Positions 36,490-45,960 of a stretch of DNA of 64,000 nt are shown here, piece by piece. Position 1 is the stretch's first letter. Each line of letters opens with the position of its first letter. The stretch comes from Oxalobacter sp. (GTDB lineage Bacteria > Pseudomonadota > Gammaproteobacteria > Burkholderiales > Burkholderiaceae_D): the NCBI GenBank assembly GCA_963618105.1, contig CAVERB010000101.1, positions 884-64,883 of the forward strand, written 5' to 3'. The notes under the pieces were generated by a model. It had not been told where the DNA came from. It ran no database searches and was given only the letters and a program-made list of their open reading frames with translations. Position numbers and translations under genes: made by a program.

Positions 36490-37226
36490 GGGTCAGGTAT
36501 CATCGGCTGGATATGGCTGTTGCCGCTGAAACAGGGGTGTTAAGGTTCCAGCCTGTTGAAGGCTATGAAGAACCGGCAGAAGATACCTTATATCAGCTTT
36601 CCAGGTTGGAATCACTGACCCATCTGTTGGAATATGAAGGATTAATCAGTGTCATTGCACTGAAACAGTACGGGGATTTCGGGGTTGGTGCCCCTTATCT
36701 GTTGGGTGAGTTGAATGTACTGGATGGTGAAGTCTATCAGGCGCTTTATGATGGCACTGTCATCGTATCAAACCCACATCAAACGGTTCCTTTTGCCCAG
36801 TTGACACATTTCAAGGTGGATTTTTCCCATTGCCTGTCATCTGCATTAGATATCAGGGACTTTGAATCACAGTTGGATCACTTGATTGCGCCTCATGGTA
36901 GAGATATTTTTTATGCAGTGAAAATCCGTGGATGGTTTCCAATGATGCAGTGCCGGAGTGTTTATTTCCAGCAGAAACCTTTCAAATCCATGGAACGGAT
37001 CATGGCGGAAGACCAGATCATTTCAGTCTGGCACGACGTTGCCGGTACCCTGATTTCCATCTATGGACCTGGTTTCATCCATCCATTGGCACCAGTGGGA
37101 TGGCATTTCCATTTCCTGTCCGATGACCGAAAATCAGGAGGGCATGTCTTGAATCTTCAGACAGGGAAGGTCATGGCAGAGTTCAATAGGATTTCCCTGT
37201 TTGTGTTGATGATTCCAGAGAGATAA
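36483..37226 (+). CDS. budA: alpha-acetolactate decarboxylase family protein
   Basis: DTLYQLSRLESLTHLLEYEGLISVIALKQYGDFGVGAPYLLGELNVLDGEVYQ...TVPFAQLTHF...AGTLISIYGP...VGWHFHFLSDDRKSGGHVLN matches the ALDC pattern, including the GGHV motif. The start is uncertain (ATG 36483 overlaps the upstream stop; ATG 36513 is an alternative). Confidence 0.7.
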   Translation: MVRVRYHRLDMAVAAETGVLRFQPVEGYEEPAEDTLYQLSRLESLTHLLEYEGLISVIALKQYGDFGVGAPYLLGELNVLDGEVYQALYDGTVIVSNPHQTVPFAQLTHFKVDFSHCLSSALDIRDFESQLDHLIAPHGRDIFYAVKIRGWFPMMQCRSVYFQQKPFKSMERIMAEDQIISVWHDVAGTLISIYGPGFIHPLAPVGWHFHFLSDDRKSGGHVLNLQTGKVMAEFNRISLFVLMIPER

Positions 37227-37240
37227 GGTAAAAGGAAGGG

Positions 37241-37579
37241 ATGAAGAAACTGTTGTTGTGCGGTTTGATAGGATTGGAGTCATTCAGTTGCCATGCGACC
37301 AGTTGGGAGTATCTGGGAGGTTATCCAGATGGCAGCCTGAAGTATTATGGCGATATTGACAGCAAGAACCTGAAACGTCATACAGGTATGATCCGGAAAG
37401 TCAGCAGTTATGCCAATGGCAAGCGGCTTTCCACCGATTATATGATGTTGGAGGCCGATTGCCGGAAACAGAAGACAAGGGTATTGTCTGTAAATGGCAA
37501 AATGGTCAAAGGAGTCTGGAATGAAATCCATCCAGGAAGCCTGGGAGAAACTGAACATAACTGGCTTTGTAGCAAGTAA
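37241..37579 (+). CDS. small secreted hypothetical protein (possibly adhesin-E-like fold)
   Basis: Signal peptide (MKKLLLCGLIGLESFSCHA). The spacing W..Y...YYGDIDS...DC...W.EI.PGS...C recalls surface-adhesin-E-type small proteins. This is a weak call from memory. Confidence 0.5.
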   Translation: MKKLLLCGLIGLESFSCHATSWEYLGGYPDGSLKYYGDIDSKNLKRHTGMIRKVSSYANGKRLSTDYMMLEADCRKQKTRVLSVNGKMVKGVWNEIHPGSLGETEHNWLCSK

Positions 37580-37601
37580 CTGTTCCAATGGGATTGATCG
37601 G

Positions 37602-38372
37602 CTATTTTACAGTCTTGAACATGTTGCGTTTGGAACAGACCGGGCAATCAGGGTTCCGGTCGATTTTCAGTTTTGTCCATTCCATTGTCAGCGCATCAAG
37701 CAACAGGAGGAAACCTGTCAGGGGTTTGCCGATGCCTGCAATGATTTTAAGGGCTTCTGCGGCTTGGACAACGCCGACTAGTCCAACTGCTGGCGCAAAG
37801 ACACCGACCTGAGCTGCTTTGATGTCTTCAAACTCCATATCTTCAGGGTAAAGGCAGGCATAACAGGGACAGTTTTCCTGGCGGGGATCATAGACAGAAA
37901 CCTGACCGTCAAAGGCGACAGCAGCACCTGCCACCAACGGTTTACCGAGTTGCATACAGATTCGGTTGATGGCTGTGCGAATGGCAAAATTGTCTGTGCA
38001 ATCCAGCACAATATCTGTTTCTTCGACCAGTTCAGGCAGCGTGTCTTCAGTCATATGGGTAGTGATGACCTTGACATCAATGGTCGGATTGATGCCATAG
38101 AGTGTCTGTTTGGCAGACGCTGCTTTGGACAAGCCGACTCGTTCTGTACTATGGATGACCTGGCGCTGAAGGTTATGGACTTCTACGGCATCGTCATCAA
38201 CAATGGTGATGCTACCCATACCGCTGGATGCCAGATAAAGGAGAGCAGCGGAACCCAAACCGCCAGCACCGATCACCAGTGCGGATGACCGAGCGATTTT
38301 CTCTTGTCCCGTTTCGCCCAGCTCCTTCAAGAGGATATGGCGCGAATAACGGTTTTTCTGTTCCTCATTCAT
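37602..38372 (-). CDS. moeB: HesA/MoeB/ThiF family adenylyltransferase (probably molybdopterin-synthase adenylyltransferase)
   Basis: RYSRHILLKELGETGQEKI, VIGAGGLGSAALLYLASSG, LQRQVIH, and CPCYACL...CPVC zinc cysteines. Confidence 0.75.
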   Translation of the reverse strand: MNEEQKNRYSRHILLKELGETGQEKIARSSALVIGAGGLGSAALLYLASSGMGSITIVDDDAVEVHNLQRQVIHSTERVGLSKAASAKQTLYGINPTIDVKVITTHMTEDTLPELVEETDIVLDCTDNFAIRTAINRICMQLGKPLVAGAAVAFDGQVSVYDPRQENCPCYACLYPEDMEFEDIKAAQVGVFAPAVGLVGVVQAAEALKIIAGIGKPLTGFLLLLDALTMEWTKLKIDRNPDCPVCSKRNMFKTVK

Positions 38373-38391
38373 AAGCCATCTGTCTCAGGGC

Positions 38392-39804
38392 TTATTTCTT
38401 GGCTTCTTCAGTTTCTGCTTTGTTTGCCCCTTTTTTCTGTTGGGTCTTGGACAGTTTGACAGGTTTGCCTTTCAGGTGGTTGAGCGCCTGCATGAGCTGG
38501 AAGTCTTTTGCCGTGCCATATTCGATCGGCTTGTAATTCTTCATGGTTTCAAGCAGTTTGCTTTCTTCTTCCGCATCAAGTTCCTTGCTTTTTTCTTCAC
38601 CGTCATTGCTTAGGTGTTTGTCCAGATCTGCTTCACGGATACGCAGGTCATTGATGCCGTTGCCGGTTGCGGTTTCATCGACCAGCATATCTGGGACGAT
38701 GCCTTTTGCCTGGATGGATCTGCCGCTTGGGGTGTAGTAACGGGCAGTGGTCAGTTTCAGGGCGGTATCTTCAGTCAGCTGTCGGACAGTCTGGACAGAG
38801 CCTTTGCCAAAAGTCTGAGAGCCCATGATGACTGCGCGTTTATGGTCCTGCAATGCACCTGCAACAATTTCAGAGGCGGAAGCAGAGCCCGCATTGACAA
38901 GGACAACGACTGGTACTTTCTTGATGGCGGCAGGCAGTTTTGCCAAAGGATCCTGGGAAATACGGGGTGTATAGTATTCGGGACGTGCGTAGAATTCAGC
39001 CTTGGATTCTGGCAGTTGCCCATTAGTGGAAACAACGAGGGCTTCCTGTGGCAGGAATGCGGCAGCAACACCAATGGCTCCAGGCAGAACACCGCCAGGG
39101 TCATTTCTCAAGTCAAGAACAATCCCTTTGATATGTGGGTTCTTGGCATAGAGTTTGTTGATATGATCAACCATGTCTTCAATAGTCGGGTCTTGGAACT
39201 GCACGATGCGCAGCCAGATGTAGCCTGGTTCGATCATCTTGGATTTAACGCTTCTGACGGTAATCATGTCTCGGGTCAGGGTCAGGACGATTGGACGCAA
39301 TACGCCTTTACGTGAAATGGTCAGCGTAATCTTGGTGCCGGGGTCCCCCCGCATTTTCTTGACTGCTTTGGTGAGGGTCATCCCTTTGACAGGGACATTG
39401 TCGAGTTTTGTAATCAGGTCGCCTGGACGGATACCGGCTTTATAGGCAGGGGTGTCTTCAATCGGAGAGATGACCTTGACAAGACCGTCTTCCATGCCGA
39501 CTTCCATGCCGAGACCACCGAATTTCCCGGAGGTTCCTTCCTTAAGTTCTTGGAATTCTTTTTTATCCAGATAGGCGGAATGGGGGTCAAGCGATGAAAC
39601 CATGCCTGAAATGGCTTCTTTCAGTAATTTGCGGTCATCAATAGGTTCAACGTAATCTGACTTGATCATGCCAAAGATATCCGAGAGTTGACGGAGTTCT
39701 TCAACAGGCAGGTTGGAAGGCTGTTTCTGGGCCATGGCAGTGCCAAAGGCACCGACAATGATGCCAATGGCAAAAATCAAGAAATTGCGTAATTTGTTCC
39801 CCAT
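38392..39804 (-). CDS. ctpA: S41-family carboxy-terminal processing peptidase
   Basis: N-terminal anchor, a PDZ domain (GGLGMEV...PIEDTPAYKAGIRPGDLITKLDN), GIVLDLRNDPGG, NAGSASASEIVAGALQD (catalytic Ser) and TFGKGSVQ (Lys). Confidence 0.9.
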   Translation of the reverse strand: MGNKLRNFLIFAIGIIVGAFGTAMAQKQPSNLPVEELRQLSDIFGMIKSDYVEPIDDRKLLKEAISGMVSSLDPHSAYLDKKEFQELKEGTSGKFGGLGMEVGMEDGLVKVISPIEDTPAYKAGIRPGDLITKLDNVPVKGMTLTKAVKKMRGDPGTKITLTISRKGVLRPIVLTLTRDMITVRSVKSKMIEPGYIWLRIVQFQDPTIEDMVDHINKLYAKNPHIKGIVLDLRNDPGGVLPGAIGVAAAFLPQEALVVSTNGQLPESKAEFYARPEYYTPRISQDPLAKLPAAIKKVPVVVLVNAGSASASEIVAGALQDHKRAVIMGSQTFGKGSVQTVRQLTEDTALKLTTARYYTPSGRSIQAKGIVPDMLVDETATGNGINDLRIREADLDKHLSNDGEEKSKELDAEEESKLLETMKNYKPIEYGTAKDFQLMQALNHLKGKPVKLSKTQQKKGANKAETEEAKK

Positions 39805-39978
39805 TTTTGAGTCACCTAATCTAATCTGGATTGTGCCTGTCCGTTAAGGATAGCAGCGCGGCAGAAATTATAACCTGTTTGCCATCTAGGCGTTCTGTGT
39901 CTCTGATACAGCCTCAACAGTGACATGACCAGTATGGATGACAGGCAGTCCTTTGACAGGCAAGGATGCTCCATACGG

Positions 39979-40728
39979 TCAGTTGCTGGAGCTGCCTTGC
40001 AGGATGACGGCCCTGGTGGCTGCTGCAATCTTTTCCGGATCGCCAAGATAGTAGTGGCGGATTGGTTTCAGGCTGTTGTCCAGTTCATAAACCAGAGGCT
40101 GCCCTGTCGGGATATTGAGCAGGGCAATGTCCTTGTCGCTGATGCCATCCAGTTCCTTGATAAGGGCACGCAGGCTGTTGCCATGCGCCGCAATCAGGAT
40201 GGTCTTGTTTTTATGCAGTTCAGGGACAATGACTTCATTCCAGAAAGTTTTTACTCTTGCCACTGTATCCTTGAGGCTTTCGGTCAAGGGAATCTGGTCT
40301 TTTTTCAGACTGGCGTAAGCCGGATTCCTGTATGAGGTACGGGAATCATTTTCGGGAAGCGGGTCAGCGGCGGTTTCGTAGCTTCTGCGCAACAGGTGAA
40401 CCTGGTGTTCTCCCAGTTTTTTAGCGGTTTCCGCTTTGTTCAACCCCTGCAAGGCACCGTAATGGCGTTCATTCAGACGCCAGTCGCAGACTGTCGGGGT
40501 CCACATGGCATCCATTTCATCCAGGACAATCCACAAGGTACGGATAGCCCTTTTCAGGACAGAAGTATAAGCAATATCAAACTGGAAGCCCGCTTCACGC
40601 AGGATATTTCCCGCCATGGCAGCTTCTTGACGCCCTTTTTCTGTCAAATCCACATCAGTCCAGCCAGTAAAGCGGTTTTCAAAGTTCCAGGTGGACTGCC
40701 CATGACGCATGAAAACGATTTTATGCAT
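39979..40728 (-). CDS. gpmA: 2,3-bisphosphoglycerate-dependent phosphoglycerate mutase
   Basis: [29 protein letters not shown] (RHGxxxWN), ERHYGALQG and [11 protein letters not shown]. Confidence 0.93.
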   Translation of the reverse strand: MHKIVFMRHGQSTWNFENRFTGWTDVDLTEKGRQEAAMAGNILREAGFQFDIAYTSVLKRAIRTLWIVLDEMDAMWTPTVCDWRLNERHYGALQGLNKAETAKKLGEHQVHLLRRSYETAADPLPENDSRTSYRNPAYASLKKDQIPLTESLKDTVARVKTFWNEVIVPELHKNKTILIAAHGNSLRALIKELDGISDKDIALLNIPTGQPLVYELDNSLKPIRHYYLGDPEKIAAATRAVILQGSSSN

Positions 40729-40827
40729 GATTGAAATGAAGGCAAGATAAGTTATCCCGATGTTCAGAGTTTTTCTATTTTATAATGTATTCCGTTTTTA
40801 ATCTTTGACTTTAGACAGGTTAATTCC

Positions 40828-41229
40828 GTGAATTTCATCAGAGACAACATTTTCCTTATCGGTGTCGCCGCTTATTGTATCGGTGCATTGATCTGGCCTT
40901 ATATCCGTACGACAGCGAAAGTCAACAATTCTGAAGCGACAACTCTCATCAATAAGGGGAAAACCACGATTCTTGACATTCGTACCAGAAAAGAATACCA
41001 GTCTGGGCATCTGTTGAATGCCGTGTCCATGCCTTTTCTGGGCCTGAAGGAACAGGTTGGGCAACTTGAGGAATCTTTCAAGAAGCAGCCGGTCTTGTTG
41101 ATTGACCACGAAGGCAAAGATGCGGCAGCGGCCGCAAAAATCCTGAAAGAAAACGGGTTTACCAAGATCAACATCCTGAAAGGTGGCATGGCATCGTGGA
41201 ACAAAGATGGTCTGCCGACCACCAAATAA
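40828..41229 (+). CDS. rhodanese-domain membrane protein (YibN-like)
   Basis: GTG start, an N-terminal TM segment, ILDIRTRKEYQSGHLLNAV and KINILKGGMASW. It sits upstream of grxC-secB-gpsA, as yibN does in E. coli. Confidence 0.75.
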   Translation: MNFIRDNIFLIGVAAYCIGALIWPYIRTTAKVNNSEATTLINKGKTTILDIRTRKEYQSGHLLNAVSMPFLGLKEQVGQLEESFKKQPVLLIDHEGKDAAAAAKILKENGFTKINILKGGMASWNKDGLPTTK

Positions 41230-41245
41230 CAGTCAGAGAGTGGAA

Positions 41246-41509
41246 ATGACAGCGAAAGTCACGATGTATGGCACACAGGTCTGCCCTTATTGCAGAATGG
41301 CGGAACAGCTGCTTGTTGCGCGTGGCGTGAAGAACATTGAAAAGATCCTGATTGATGGCAATGAGGATTTGCGTGCTGAAATGATTGGGAGGACCAGCCG
41401 CCGTACAGTTCCCCAGATTTTTATTGGCGATACGCATGTCGGTGGTTTTGATGACTTGTCCGCCTTGGATAAGGCTGGTGGTCTGATACCGCTATTGCAG
41501 TCCGCCTGA
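41246..41509 (+). CDS. grxC: glutaredoxin 3
   Basis: VTMYGTQVCPYCRMAEQLL (CPYC active site) and RRTVPQIFIGDTHVGGFDDL. The start is ATG 41246, preceded by GAGAGTGGA. Confidence 0.9.
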   Translation: MTAKVTMYGTQVCPYCRMAEQLLVARGVKNIEKILIDGNEDLRAEMIGRTSRRTVPQIFIGDTHVGGFDDLSALDKAGGLIPLLQSA

Positions 41510-41533
41510 TTTTTGCATTTTTATGGAGCAGAT

Positions 41534-41998
41534 ATGACAGAAGAGACGAAACAGCCTGTTTTCCAGATCCAGAGCATCTACTTGAAGGATCTCTCTCTTG
41601 AACAGCCGAATTCCCCGCAGATTTTCTTGGAAAAGGAAGCCCCGGGTTTTGAAGTTGCTATCAATGTCAGTTACAACGAACTGGGCAACAGTTTTTATGA
41701 AGCGTCAGTAACGGCGACAGTGACGGCCAAGATCGGAGAGAAGGTTGCCTATCTGGTTGAAGGCAAACAGTGCGGTATTTTCAATATCCAGGGGATTCCT
41801 GCTGAAGCAATGGATTCAGTCCTTGGCATTAATTGTCCGACAATCATCTATCCATATCTGCGGGCAAACATTGCGGATACCATCACCAAGGCAGGTTTCC
41901 CGCCTGTCCATCTGGCGGAAATCAATTTTGAGGCACATTACCGCGAGCGTATCCAGGAACAGGCGGCCAAGGCAGAAGCATCTGCTGCTGTTCAGTGA
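41534..41998 (+). CDS. secB: protein-export chaperone SecB
   Basis: [56 protein letters not shown]. The start is ATG 41534, preceded by GGAG. Confidence 0.9.
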   Translation: MTEETKQPVFQIQSIYLKDLSLEQPNSPQIFLEKEAPGFEVAINVSYNELGNSFYEASVTATVTAKIGEKVAYLVEGKQCGIFNIQGIPAEAMDSVLGINCPTIIYPYLRANIADTITKAGFPPVHLAEINFEAHYRERIQEQAAKAEASAAVQ

Positions 41999-42019
41999 TT
42001 TCAGGGCTGTCGGATAAAG

Positions 42020-43042
42020 ATGAATATTGCGATTCTTGGTGCCGGGGCATGGGGTACTTCTATGGCGATCAGCCTGGCAACCCGCCATCGAGTGCTGCTT
42101 TGGGGACGTGAGACTGAACAGGTCATTGAGGCAGAGAAGACCCGCATGAACAATATGGGTTTGCCAGGCGTGCATTTGCCGGATGATTTGCGCTTGACAG
42201 CAGATTTCAACGAAGCTGCCAGACATGGTGCCGGTTCTGCGGGGCTGGTGATTGTGGCAACTTCTGTTGCTGGTCTGCGTCCAGTGCTGGGTCAGCTCAA
42301 GGGGTGTCCTGTCAAGAATGTCATCTGGCTCTGCAAGGGATTTGAAAGGGATACAGGCCTGCTGCCAAGCCAGGTTGCAGAAGAAGTCATCAATGATGAA
42401 GGTATCCATTTTGGTGTGCTATCAGGACCTTCCTTTGCCCAGGAAGTGGCGGCAGGGTTGCCGTGTGCGTTGACCATCGCCTCTCAATCGGAAGTATTGC
42501 GGGGTATTGTTATCGGTGCGATGAATGCGGGCATGATGCGTATTTATTCCAGTGATGATGTCATTGGTGTTGAAGTCGGTGGTGCCCTGAAGAATATCCT
42601 TGCAGTAGCAACAGGTATTGCCGATGGAATGTCGATGGGGATGAATGCCCGTGCAGCACTGATGACCCGTGGGCTGGCAGAAATCACCCGGATGGGAATT
42701 GCATTGGGCGGCAGGTTGGAAACTTTCATGGGACTGACAGGAGTAGGAGATCTGATTCTGACCTGTACAGGGGATTTGTCACGTAACCGCCGTGTCGGTC
42801 TGGGACTGGCAAAGGGTAAGACGTTGAAAGAGGTCGTTGCTGAACTGGGGCATGTGGCTGAAGGGGTCAACTGTGCACATACCGTGCGTGAACTTGCACA
42901 GAAAATGGGAGTTGAAATGCCGCTGACCTGTGCAGTGGCAAGTGTCCTTTTTGATGGCGTTTCCATCAAAGATGCTGTCGCACAGCTGATGTCACGCCAT
43001 GTACGGGATGAGAATGATGTTCTTTACCGTCGGCTTCGCTAG
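42020..43042 (+). CDS. gpsA: NAD(P)H-dependent glycerol-3-phosphate dehydrogenase
   Basis: IAILGAGAWGTSMA, GPSFAQEVA, GALKNILAVATGI, GDLILTCTGDLSRNRRVG and VAEGV. Confidence 0.93.
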   Translation: MNIAILGAGAWGTSMAISLATRHRVLLWGRETEQVIEAEKTRMNNMGLPGVHLPDDLRLTADFNEAARHGAGSAGLVIVATSVAGLRPVLGQLKGCPVKNVIWLCKGFERDTGLLPSQVAEEVINDEGIHFGVLSGPSFAQEVAAGLPCALTIASQSEVLRGIVIGAMNAGMMRIYSSDDVIGVEVGGALKNILAVATGIADGMSMGMNARAALMTRGLAEITRMGIALGGRLETFMGLTGVGDLILTCTGDLSRNRRVGLGLAKGKTLKEVVAELGHVAEGVNCAHTVRELAQKMGVEMPLTCAVASVLFDGVSIKDAVAQLMSRHVRDENDVLYRRLR

Positions 43043-43082
43043 TCGCTTTCAGGCCGGAAAAAATACTTGACACATTTTGCTG

Positions 43083-45842
43083 TCAGGTATTTTCTGTTTG
43101 TGCTGTGTACTCAGTGCCAAAGACTTCTTTCCAGAGTTTCTTGACTTCTTCTGCTTCTCCTTCAACAGAGCCTAAGGCGATTTTTGCCTCGTTGGCACCC
43201 TGCATCCGGATTTCATGCTGCAACCGCCTGAAATGGCGGTAAATGGCGGCGACCGTTTCTCCGGAAACCTGCGAGAACAGTCCCAGTTTCTCACACATTT
43301 TCAGCAAAGCGATGTTCCCAAGGTTGCCAGTGAGTTCTGGATACCTGCGGGAATATTCAAGGACAAGGTACTGTACGATGAATTCAATGTCCATCATGCC
43401 CCCGGCATCATGCTTGATGTCGAAAAGGGCTGACCGGTTTGGATGGGCATCGAAAATGCGTTTACGCATTTTGATGACCTCGGCCTTCAGTGTTTCCGGA
43501 TCACGTTCCTGGCGCAGGATTCTGTTACGCAGTGCTTCAAACCGTTCACCGATGGAAGCATCGCCGCAGCAGAAACGGGCGCGGGTAAGGGCCTGATGTT
43601 CCCAGGGCCATGCAGATTTTTCCTGATAACGTTCAAAGGAATCAAAACTGGAGACGAGCAGACCGCTTGCGCCATCTGGACGCAGGGCAATGTCAATATC
43701 AAACAGGGTGCCTGCAGAGGTGGGACTGGTCATCCAGGTAATGAAGCGCTGAGCCAGACGAGCATACAGCATTGGTGCTTCCTGGTCATCGTCGTCATAA
43801 AGGAAAATGATGTCGAGATCGGAGGCATAACCGAGTTCTTTCCCGCCCAGTTTGCCATAAGCGATGATGGCAAACCTTGGGGTTTCCCGATGGCGTTTCG
43901 GCATGGAGAGCCAGACTTCCCGCAATGTAGCTTCAGCCATGATATCAGCGAGACGGGAAAGGTCATCCGCCAGTTCTTCCACCGTCAATTCCCCACCAAG
44001 GTCCTGCGCCAGCAATCGGAACTGCTGGGCATGATGGGCTTCCCGCAGAGTGTCCATCAATTGCTCGGTATCACCACGTTGTGATGCCAGTTGGGTATTG
44101 AGGTCTTTGGTGAAAGCTTCCCAGTCAGGGCGTTCCATCAAGGTACGGGCATCAAGCAGTTCATCAAGCAGGATGGGATGACGGGTCAGGTACTGTGCTG
44201 CCCAGTCGCTGGTATCAAGCATATGCATCAGTCGGGATGTTGCGACCGGGTATTCCGTCAACAGGGAAAGGTAAGCGGTCCTTCTTGCAATGCTTTCGAG
44301 GAAGTCAAGCAGCCGTCCTAAAGTGACCAGCGGCTTATGGGCATATTCCAGGATTCCCGATAAAACAGCGTTGATCAGGGCAGTCATCTTGTCGCTGTAG
44401 GTATCGGATAGGGCTTGGATACGGTGGGATTTCCAGAAAGCCTGGAGACGTTTGGCGGCGGCTTCCGCCTCAGGGAAGCCCATAGACTCGAATTTTGTCC
44501 GCAGGATATTCAGTTGGTCTTCGTCATTCTGGTTGGAAATCAGGGGAGGGATGACCATCTTGTCTGGATCCTGGGGTTCTGCTTTCTCACCGAAAATGGC
44601 ATCAAACTGTTCAGAGACAAAATCGCGGTGTTTCTTGAGAATAGCCATCAATTCATCTACAGAGGACAGTCCTGCTGCCTGGGCAATGATCAAGCAGTCA
44701 TCGCCATTATTGGGGAGAGAATGGGTTTGGGCATCTTCAAGATATTGGATGCGGTGTTCAATGTTGCGTAGGAAAGTATAGGAATCCAGCAGACTGTTGG
44801 CCGTTTCTTCTTCCATCAGCCGTTTTTCTGCAAGGATATGCAGGATATTCCGGGTAGATTTATCCTGAAGTGCTGGCTCCCTGCCGCCGCGGATAAGTTG
44901 GAACATTTGCGCCAGAAATTCAATCTCGCGAATACCACCACGCCCCAGTTTCACATCATTGCTGTGTTCAGGGTGCATTTTTTCCCGACGGATAACATCG
45001 GTGCGGATCTGCTGGTGCAGGCTCCGGATAGATTCAATGACGCTGAAATCAAGGTATTTCCTGTAAATGAAAGGGAATGTGATTGACTGCAAGGCAGCGA
45101 TGTCTTCAGGATTGCCAGTGATGGCACGGGCTTTGATCCACGCATAACGTTCCCATTCCCGACCCTGTACGATGAAATACTGTTCAATCATGCTGAAACT
45201 GGCGGCCAATGGACCTGAGCCACCATTTGGACGCAATGCCATGTCAACACGAAAAATGAAGCCGTCTTCTGAAATTTCAGAAATGGCGGCGATAAGGCGT
45301 CTCCCCAAACGGATGAAAAATTCCTGGTTGGACAACAGGCGCTGCCGTCCTTCGCGGGTAGGCACCGTTTTTCCATTTTCTGGATAGACGAAAATGAGAT
45401 CAATATCGGATGAAACGTTGAGTTCCCGTCCACCAAGCTTGCCCATGCCCAGTACGATCAGTTCCTGCTGTTTGCCGGACTGTGCACCGATTGGCATACC
45501 ATGAGCGTCTATCATTTCACCGTATAACACTTCCAGCAATGTCTGGATGGTGAATTGCGCAAATAGCGTCATGGTCTCGACAACTTCTGACAGGTCGGCC
45601 TTACCGATAATATCCCGGTTGATGATGGCGCAGATAATCAGGTTACGCAGTCTCCGCATAGCCCGTTGCAAGGAATAGTCTGCATCAGTTTCCTGCCTGA
45701 GCAGGGCAGGAAAATCAGCTTCTGTCAGTGGCTTATGGACAATGGCATCCAGTTGTCGCAAGCGTTTTTCCCGATCGCCATTCAGCCAGTTCCGGTAAAA
45801 GCGGGAAGCCTGTTCAATGGGAATCAATGACGGTCTACACAT
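43083..45842 (-). CDS. glnE: bifunctional glutamine synthetase adenylyltransferase/adenylyl-removing enzyme
   Basis: 919 aa with two nucleotidyltransferase halves (GMGKLGGRELNVSSDIDLIF and AYGKLGGKELGYASDLDIIFLY), each followed by a D.RLRP-type motif (VDMALRPNGGSGPL / DIALRPDGASGLL). Confidence 0.93.
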   Translation of the reverse strand: MCRPSLIPIEQASRFYRNWLNGDREKRLRQLDAIVHKPLTEADFPALLRQETDADYSLQRAMRRLRNLIICAIINRDIIGKADLSEVVETMTLFAQFTIQTLLEVLYGEMIDAHGMPIGAQSGKQQELIVLGMGKLGGRELNVSSDIDLIFVYPENGKTVPTREGRQRLLSNQEFFIRLGRRLIAAISEISEDGFIFRVDMALRPNGGSGPLAASFSMIEQYFIVQGREWERYAWIKARAITGNPEDIAALQSITFPFIYRKYLDFSVIESIRSLHQQIRTDVIRREKMHPEHSNDVKLGRGGIREIEFLAQMFQLIRGGREPALQDKSTRNILHILAEKRLMEEETANSLLDSYTFLRNIEHRIQYLEDAQTHSLPNNGDDCLIIAQAAGLSSVDELMAILKKHRDFVSEQFDAIFGEKAEPQDPDKMVIPPLISNQNDEDQLNILRTKFESMGFPEAEAAAKRLQAFWKSHRIQALSDTYSDKMTALINAVLSGILEYAHKPLVTLGRLLDFLESIARRTAYLSLLTEYPVATSRLMHMLDTSDWAAQYLTRHPILLDELLDARTLMERPDWEAFTKDLNTQLASQRGDTEQLMDTLREAHHAQQFRLLAQDLGGELTVEELADDLSRLADIMAEATLREVWLSMPKRHRETPRFAIIAYGKLGGKELGYASDLDIIFLYDDDDQEAPMLYARLAQRFITWMTSPTSAGTLFDIDIALRPDGASGLLVSSFDSFERYQEKSAWPWEHQALTRARFCCGDASIGERFEALRNRILRQERDPETLKAEVIKMRKRIFDAHPNRSALFDIKHDAGGMMDIEFIVQYLVLEYSRRYPELTGNLGNIALLKMCEKLGLFSQVSGETVAAIYRHFRRLQHEIRMQGANEAKIALGSVEGEAEEVKKLWKEVFGTEYTAQTENT

Positions 45843-45960
45843 GTTGTAAGCAAGCGTAACGGTTGTTTTTTACAAGCATAGCAGATGCTATCCTTTCAGG
45901 CGGTTAAAAAATCAGTACACTATGATATTTTACGTCCTGTAAACCGTTTGAACATTGGTG

